The notes below the pieces were generated by a model. The model was not told where the DNA came from. It made no database searches and saw only the letters and a program-made list of their open reading frames with translations. A stretch of 64,000 nucleotides of DNA from the NCBI GenBank assembly GCA_963662285.2, contig CAXXMV010000008.1, forward strand, positions 1,408,001 through 1,472,000, read 5' to 3'. How positions within the stretch are numbered: the stretch's first letter is position 1; every line of letters starts with the position of its first letter. This document shows, in pieces, positions 58,784-64,000 of the stretch. Made by a program: the position numbers and the translations under genes. Origin of the DNA: a bacterium. Lineage in GTDB: Bacteria > Hinthialibacterota > Hinthialibacteria > Hinthialibacterales > Hinthialibacteraceae.

Positions 58784-61105
58784 ATGGGTAAACAAAATAA
58801 TAGGTTTTTAGTTCAATACTTGTTAAGCGCTTTATGCATCATTGCATTTTGCATGACTCCGACATTGGCTTTTTCGGATCAATCAGAAAATGGTAAGAAA
58901 CCGATTGATCTGGAATTCATTTATAAAAAGGACGATCTGGGATTAAAACAAGTTGATCCCAATTTTCCCCACTCGTTACAGTGGTCAAAACAGGGGCATT
59001 GGTTGGCTTATTTAGTCTCTTCTACTACGGAAGCGCCGCATCTGGTTGTCTATGATCCAGCCCAGGACGCAACCAAATACTGCGTGACTCCATATACTAT
59101 GAATGACGCTTTGATCAAGTTGGCGTCACAACCTGAAGGCATTGCTATTGATTCGGCTGAGCAAGTCGCCTATATACCTGAAGACGCGACTGAGGGCATC
59201 AAGAAGATAAATAGTTTTAGTTGGATGCAGGAAGAACCCACAATCCAGTTGGATGTTGAGGGCGATAAATATGAATGGAATATTGAAGAGAATTGCTTGA
59301 AGAAAGCTGACGAAAAGAAGGAACTGCCATCCGGAGTAAAGAATGATCTGGAATACTCACCCAATGAGCGATACGCGGCTTACACGCGGGACAATAATAT
59401 ATTTGTATACGATACCGAGCAGCGCAAAGAGTTTCAATTGACTGATGATGGAAGCGTATCGATTCTGAATGGGAAAATGACATGGGTGTATTGGGAAGAG
59501 TTGCATTACCGGCGTAGTTATAGGGCGTTTTATTGGGCGCCGGATAGCCAGTCAATCGCTTATCTTCAATTCAATGAAAAAGGGGTTTCGACCTATCCGG
59601 TTACTGATTTTTCTGATGCAGTTCCCAAAACCCGCAATATGTTTTACCCCAAAGTTGGAACCCAAAATCCTTTGATCCGTCTTGGCGTAGTCTCTCTCTC
59701 TACCCGTCAAACAAAGTGGATCGACTTGGGCGAGCCTTATGAATATATCGCCCGCGTTACCTGGCATCCCAACGGAGAGACATTAGCTGTTCAGACTTTG
59801 AACCGCGCCCAGACCAAATTGACGCTGTTATATTCCGATCCGGTCACCTGCACCAGTAAAATCATCCTGGAAGAAACCGACAAGGTCTGGGTTAATGCGC
59901 ATGGCGGACCTTATTTTCTTGAGAAGAAGGATGAATTCTTATGGTTATCTGAACGTAGCGGCTACCGCCACATATATAAATATTCCAACGATGGGAAAAA
60001 GTGCAAGCAGCTCACCAAAGGCGATTGGGAAGCCAATCCAACTTTATGGACTATTTCGATTCCCATTGATGAAGAAAAAGGCCTGCTTTATTTCACTGCG
60101 TCAATGTTAAATCCTATCGAGCGTCATCTATATTCCGTGCCATTACGTGGAGGCAAAATCAAACAGTTGACCAAAGAAGCAGGCGTACACCGGGTCACCT
60201 TTTCAGAAGATAAAAAATACGCCTTCAAATATTTCTCTGATGTGAATACGCCCAACCGGGTGCAGGTAATCAACAACAAAGGCAAAGTTATCCATACGCT
60301 GGGCGAAACATTGCGGTCGGATTACGACCCTTACATCACCCAGATTCCTGAGATAATCGAGATGGAAGGACCGGAAGGCCGGACATTTTATGGCTCAATT
60401 TTGAAACCATACAATTTCGATCATAGTAAAAAATACCCCGTGATTCTTCATATGTACGCCGGACCGGCGGCTCAGGTTGTGATGAATCAGTTTGTCAGCC
60501 AGACTGACCTGGCCATGTGCAACCGCGGCTTCATCGTTTTCAGATTTGACACCAGAGGCACAACCGGAAGAGGCCGTGAATGGATCAACGCTATTCATTT
60601 GAATGGCTGCGATCTACCTTTGGAGGATTTAAAATTCGCGGCTGAGTACATCAAAAAACTGCCATACGTCAATCCTGAAAAATTAGGCATCTGGGGTTGG
60701 AGCAATGGAGGTTACATGACCTGTTGCGCCATGTTGAAGATTCCCGGTACATTCCAGGCAGGCGCAGCAGTAGCGCCGCTTACCGATCATAAACTGTATG
60801 ACACGGTATATACTGAAAGGTTTATGGGTATGCCGGAAGATAATCCTGATGGTTACAAAGAGAGCGCTCCAACCAATTTCGCAGACGGGCTGGAAGGCAG
60901 TTTATTGCTGGCTCATGGCGTGAGCGATGATAATGTTCATATTCAGAACATCTATCATCTAGTCAATGCACTACTGGAAGCCGAGAAGGATTATGAGTTA
61001 TACCTCTATCCAGAGCGCGATCATGGCATCGGCGGCGACGACCGCCGCTATCATTTGTTCAGCAGGATATTGGATTTCTTTGAGAGAAAATTGATGGATG
61101 AATAA
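58784..61105 (+). CDS. Dipeptidyl peptidase IV (S9B)
   Basis: DPPIV beta-propeller, WVYWEE, GWSNGG, HGVSDDNVH, YPERDH; signal peptide. Confidence 0.95.
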   Translation: MGKQNNRFLVQYLLSALCIIAFCMTPTLAFSDQSENGKKPIDLEFIYKKDDLGLKQVDPNFPHSLQWSKQGHWLAYLVSSTTEAPHLVVYDPAQDATKYCVTPYTMNDALIKLASQPEGIAIDSAEQVAYIPEDATEGIKKINSFSWMQEEPTIQLDVEGDKYEWNIEENCLKKADEKKELPSGVKNDLEYSPNERYAAYTRDNNIFVYDTEQRKEFQLTDDGSVSILNGKMTWVYWEELHYRRSYRAFYWAPDSQSIAYLQFNEKGVSTYPVTDFSDAVPKTRNMFYPKVGTQNPLIRLGVVSLSTRQTKWIDLGEPYEYIARVTWHPNGETLAVQTLNRAQTKLTLLYSDPVTCTSKIILEETDKVWVNAHGGPYFLEKKDEFLWLSERSGYRHIYKYSNDGKKCKQLTKGDWEANPTLWTISIPIDEEKGLLYFTASMLNPIERHLYSVPLRGGKIKQLTKEAGVHRVTFSEDKKYAFKYFSDVNTPNRVQVINNKGKVIHTLGETLRSDYDPYITQIPEIIEMEGPEGRTFYGSILKPYNFDHSKKYPVILHMYAGPAAQVVMNQFVSQTDLAMCNRGFIVFRFDTRGTTGRGREWINAIHLNGCDLPLEDLKFAAEYIKKLPYVNPEKLGIWGWSNGGYMTCCAMLKIPGTFQAGAAVAPLTDHKLYDTVYTERFMGMPEDNPDGYKESAPTNFADGLEGSLLLAHGVSDDNVHIQNIYHLVNALLEAEKDYELYLYPERDHGIGGDDRRYHLFSRILDFFERKLMDE

Positions 61106-61132
61106 GTGATGCCATTAACTATTATTCTTCTT

Positions 61133-61163
61133 AAAAGGGCGCGCGATTGTGCGCCCTTTTTTT
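61133..61163 (+). terminator. Intrinsic terminator
   Basis: GGGCGCGC-GATT-GTGCGCCC followed by T7. Confidence 0.85.
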
Positions 61164-61290
61164 GGTTTAAAAAGATTATAACGATAGACTTTTTTCTGGC
61201 AAAGAGTGATTATAGACAGACGTAATTATTAAAATCGTTTTAATAATTGAAGCAAAGAGTTATTACTCGAATGTCAAAGGAAGAGTTCTC

Positions 61291-64000
61291 GTGCGTGTTT
61301 CGTCCATTAAAAAATATCAATATCTTCTCTCAATAATAATTCTATTAATAAGCGTCAGCCCGGTATGGTCAGATGCGAATCAAATACCTGAATTGGAAGA
61401 GGGTTTTGTCTCTCCTCCAGATGCTTGCCGTCCCTGGGTTTATTGGTTCATCATGGATGGCAACCTCAACCGCGAGGGTATCACCGCCGACTTTGAGGCG
61501 ATGAAGCAGGCAGGAATCGGCGGCATGGTGCTGATGGAAGTCAGCGTCGGCATCCCACGCGGCCCGGTGGAATTCATGAGCGATGCGTGGCGCGCTCTGT
61601 TCAAACATGCCGTAGAGGAAGCGGAACGTCTGGGCCTGGAGATTACGCTTAACGCCGGACCCGGCTGGACCGGCAGCGGTGGACCCTGGGTGAAACCGGA
61701 GCAGTCCATGCAGCACCTGGTTGCATGCGAAGTTAATGTTGCTGGACCATCAAGATTCCAATCTGTGCTGCCGCTGCCCAAACCACGCAAACCATATTTT
61801 GGAGAAGCAGGTTTACCGCCGGAAATGCTGCAAGCGCGGGATGCCTTTTACGCTGATGAAGTGGTGTTGGCGATTCCACAAACCAGTTCCGACTATCGTA
61901 TTGAGGAGATAGACGAAAAAGCGCTTTATGTACGTGAACCATTCACATCAAAGCCTAATGTTAAGCCCTATCTGCCCGCGCTGGCTTCCTACCAGACAAT
62001 TCCGCACAATGCGGTTATAGATCCAAAAGATATTATTGATCTTACTGATCGCTTGCAATCAGATGGCAGTCTGACCTGGGATGCGCCAGCGGGCAATTGG
62101 ACAATTCTACGCTTCGGACGCCGAAACACCGGCGCCAACACCCGCCCCGCTCCCCAACCGGGACTCGGATTAGAAAGCGATAAGTTTGATCCTATCGCGC
62201 TTGACGCTCATTTCAACGAATTCATTGGAGCGTTGCTGGATACGGTTGGTCCACGTCCAATCGATAGAACAAGCGGCTGGACTATGCTGCACATAGACAG
62301 TTGGGAGATGGGTTCTCAAAACTGGACTGCTGGCTTCCGACAGGAGTTTATTGATCGACGCGGCTACAATCCATTGCTTTATTTACCTGTCTTTACAGGA
62401 CGTGTTATTGAAAGCCTTGAGATTTCCGAGCGCTTTCTTTGGGACCTACGCCTGACTGCCCAAGAACTTGTTTTAGAAAACCATGCTCAGCATCTGAAGG
62501 AACTGGGACATGCCAACGGCTTCGGTTTATCCATTGAACCATACGACATGAATCCAACATCCGACATGGCTCTAGGTGGGATCGCAGATACGCCAATGTG
62601 TGAATTCTGGTCTCATGGTTATGATTTTGATTCAACTTTCAGCTGTTTTGAAGCCGTATCTGTTGCTCATACCATGAATCGCAAAATCGTTGCGGCAGAG
62701 TCTTTTACCGCTGGTTCAAAAGAGGCGTGGAAACTATTCCCGGCAGTGATGAAAAATCAGGGCGACTGGGCTTTGTGCACTGGAATCAACCGGATAGTAT
62801 TTCACCGCTTCGCTCATCAGCCCTGGCTCAACCGTCGACCGGGGATGACGATGGGTCCATATGGCGTTCATTGGGATCGGACGCAAACCTGGTGGCCAAT
62901 GGCTTCAGCCTATCATGGCTATCTGGCGAGATGTCAATTTGTTCTCAGGCAAGGCTCCCCCGTAGCGGATATCTGTTATTTGATACCAGAAGGCGCCCCC
63001 CATGTATTTAGTCCGCCTTCTTCTGCGGTAGAAGGTGAACTACAGGATCGGCGAGGTTACAATTTCGACGGCTGCGAGCCGATGGCTTTGATAAACAATG
63101 CAACGGTTAGAGATGGTAGAATCTTTTTCCCCGGCGGCGCTGCTTATCGCATGCTGGTTCTGCCTGCATTTGATACCATGACTCCGGCTTTATTGACGAA
63201 GATAAAATGCCTGGTTGAAGCAGGGGCAACGGTTGTCGGCTCTCCACCATGTAAATCACCAAGTCTATCGAATTATCCACAGTGCGATCAGGATATACAA
63301 CTTACAGCAAATGAGTTGTGGGGAGCGAATAAGCAAACTACTAAAATTACTAAACGCCAGGTCGGCGCCGGGGTCATCTATTGCGGCGGAAAATTGGATG
63401 ACAGTTCACCAGATAAACAGGATACATCCCAGATTAATCAAGCCCGCTGGATATGGAGCAATGAAGGAAACCCTGATATAAGCGTTCCCCCGTCTACTCG
63501 GTATTTCCGCCGTGTTTTTTCAATCGATGCAAATAAGCGAATTGAATCAGCCCGGATTGAGATCACAGCTGATAACGAATTTCAATTATGGATTAACGGC
63601 GCAACAGCCATCAGAGGTGATAATTTCAATCATGTTTACAGGTTAGATGTGGAAACTCTTTTACAACCGGGAAACAATATACTGGCAGTTGAAGCGGCCA
63701 ATGGCGGCGATAATTCAAATCCAGCCGGCTTGATCGCTGCTTTGCATATTCAGTGTCGCGAAGGTGATGAAACCACTCTGGTAACCAACAAACAATGGCA
63801 GACCTGTCTCAAAGCCCAAGACGACTGGCATACACTGCAATCAGATAATAATCAGTGGACTAACGCCAAGGAACTCGGTCCGGCGGATATGAATCCCTGG
63901 CGCTTAAATGCATCTCAGGATGAATTACCTGAACTTTATCCGGAATACGAAGTCACAGCGAGTTTATTAAGCAAGATGGAGCTGCCGCCTGATTTTGAAG
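61291..64000 (+). CDS. Glycoside hydrolase family 106 (alpha-L-rhamnosidase-like), truncated at the window edge
   Basis: Manual translation from GTG at 61291: signal peptide, RPWVYWF..DGN..EGITAD.EAM, GPGWTGSGGPW, HIDSWE, PMCEFW, AAESFT. Confidence 0.92.
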   Translation, partial: MRVSSIKKYQYLLSIIILLISVSPVWSDANQIPELEEGFVSPPDACRPWVYWFIMDGNLNREGITADFEAMKQAGIGGMVLMEVSVGIPRGPVEFMSDAWRALFKHAVEEAERLGLEITLNAGPGWTGSGGPWVKPEQSMQHLVACEVNVAGPSRFQSVLPLPKPRKPYFGEAGLPPEMLQARDAFYADEVVLAIPQTSSDYRIEEIDEKALYVREPFTSKPNVKPYLPALASYQTIPHNAVIDPKDIIDLTDRLQSDGSLTWDAPAGNWTILRFGRRNTGANTRPAPQPGLGLESDKFDPIALDAHFNEFIGALLDTVGPRPIDRTSGWTMLHIDSWEMGSQNWTAGFRQEFIDRRGYNPLLYLPVFTGRVIESLEISERFLWDLRLTAQELVLENHAQHLKELGHANGFGLSIEPYDMNPTSDMALGGIADTPMCEFWSHGYDFDSTFSCFEAVSVAHTMNRKIVAAESFTAGSKEAWKLFPAVMKNQGDWALCTGINRIVFHRFAHQPWLNRRPGMTMGPYGVHWDRTQTWWPMASAYHGYLARCQFVLRQGSPVADICYLIPEGAPHVFSPPSSAVEGELQDRRGYNFDGCEPMALINNATVRDGRIFFPGGAAYRMLVLPAFDTMTPALLTKIKCLVEAGATVVGSPPCKSPSLSNYPQCDQDIQLTANELWGANKQTTKITKRQVGAGVIYCGGKLDDSSPDKQDTSQINQARWIWSNEGNPDISVPPSTRYFRRVFSIDANKRIESARIEITADNEFQLWINGATAIRGDNFNHVYRLDVETLLQPGNNILAVEAANGGDNSNPAGLIAALHIQCREGDETTLVTNKQWQTCLKAQDDWHTLQSDNNQWTNAKELGPADMNPWRLNASQDELPELYPEYEVTASLLSKMELPPDFE

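Noticed and set aside
61369-63481. Short ORFs listed in the track for 61.3-63.5 kb
   Set aside because: All lie inside the long GH106 reading frame that runs off the window.

Overview
Bacterial chromosomal window from a diderm (MsbA-like exporter, LpxH-like enzyme, outer-membrane porin), about 40-45% GC by eye with AT-rich spacers. The pilin-like leader type suggests a Hinthialibacterota/Sumerlaeota-like lineage (inference). Most genes are housekeeping or carbohydrate-related: polA-coaE-rho, dapA, recF, sixA, mutM, a polyprenyl synthase, an amidase, galE/galK-like genes, GH31, GH106 and DPP-IV. Also present are a four-gene Hmc-like redox operon whose NrfD subunit is fused to a hexahaem cytochrome c, and an IS5-family element that cleanly splits an EAL gene (6-bp target duplication). 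Several families of small non-autonomous repeats occur: a ~200-bp REPIN-like element, a ~114-bp TAGAGCG MITE-like element and GTAG REPs. The most striking unannotated signal is at 51.1-51.6 kb: a near-consensus sigma28 (FliA) promoter, two CsrA-type ANGGAN hairpins, a ~290-nt domain closed by an 11-bp long-range stem, and a strong terminator, with no recognisable gene. This is a candidate flagellar-regulon structured RNA. Several enzyme homologues appear to have lost catalytic or ligand-binding residues (GmhB-, GH5-, C39- and PilZ-like). No rRNA, tRNA or CRISPR array was seen.
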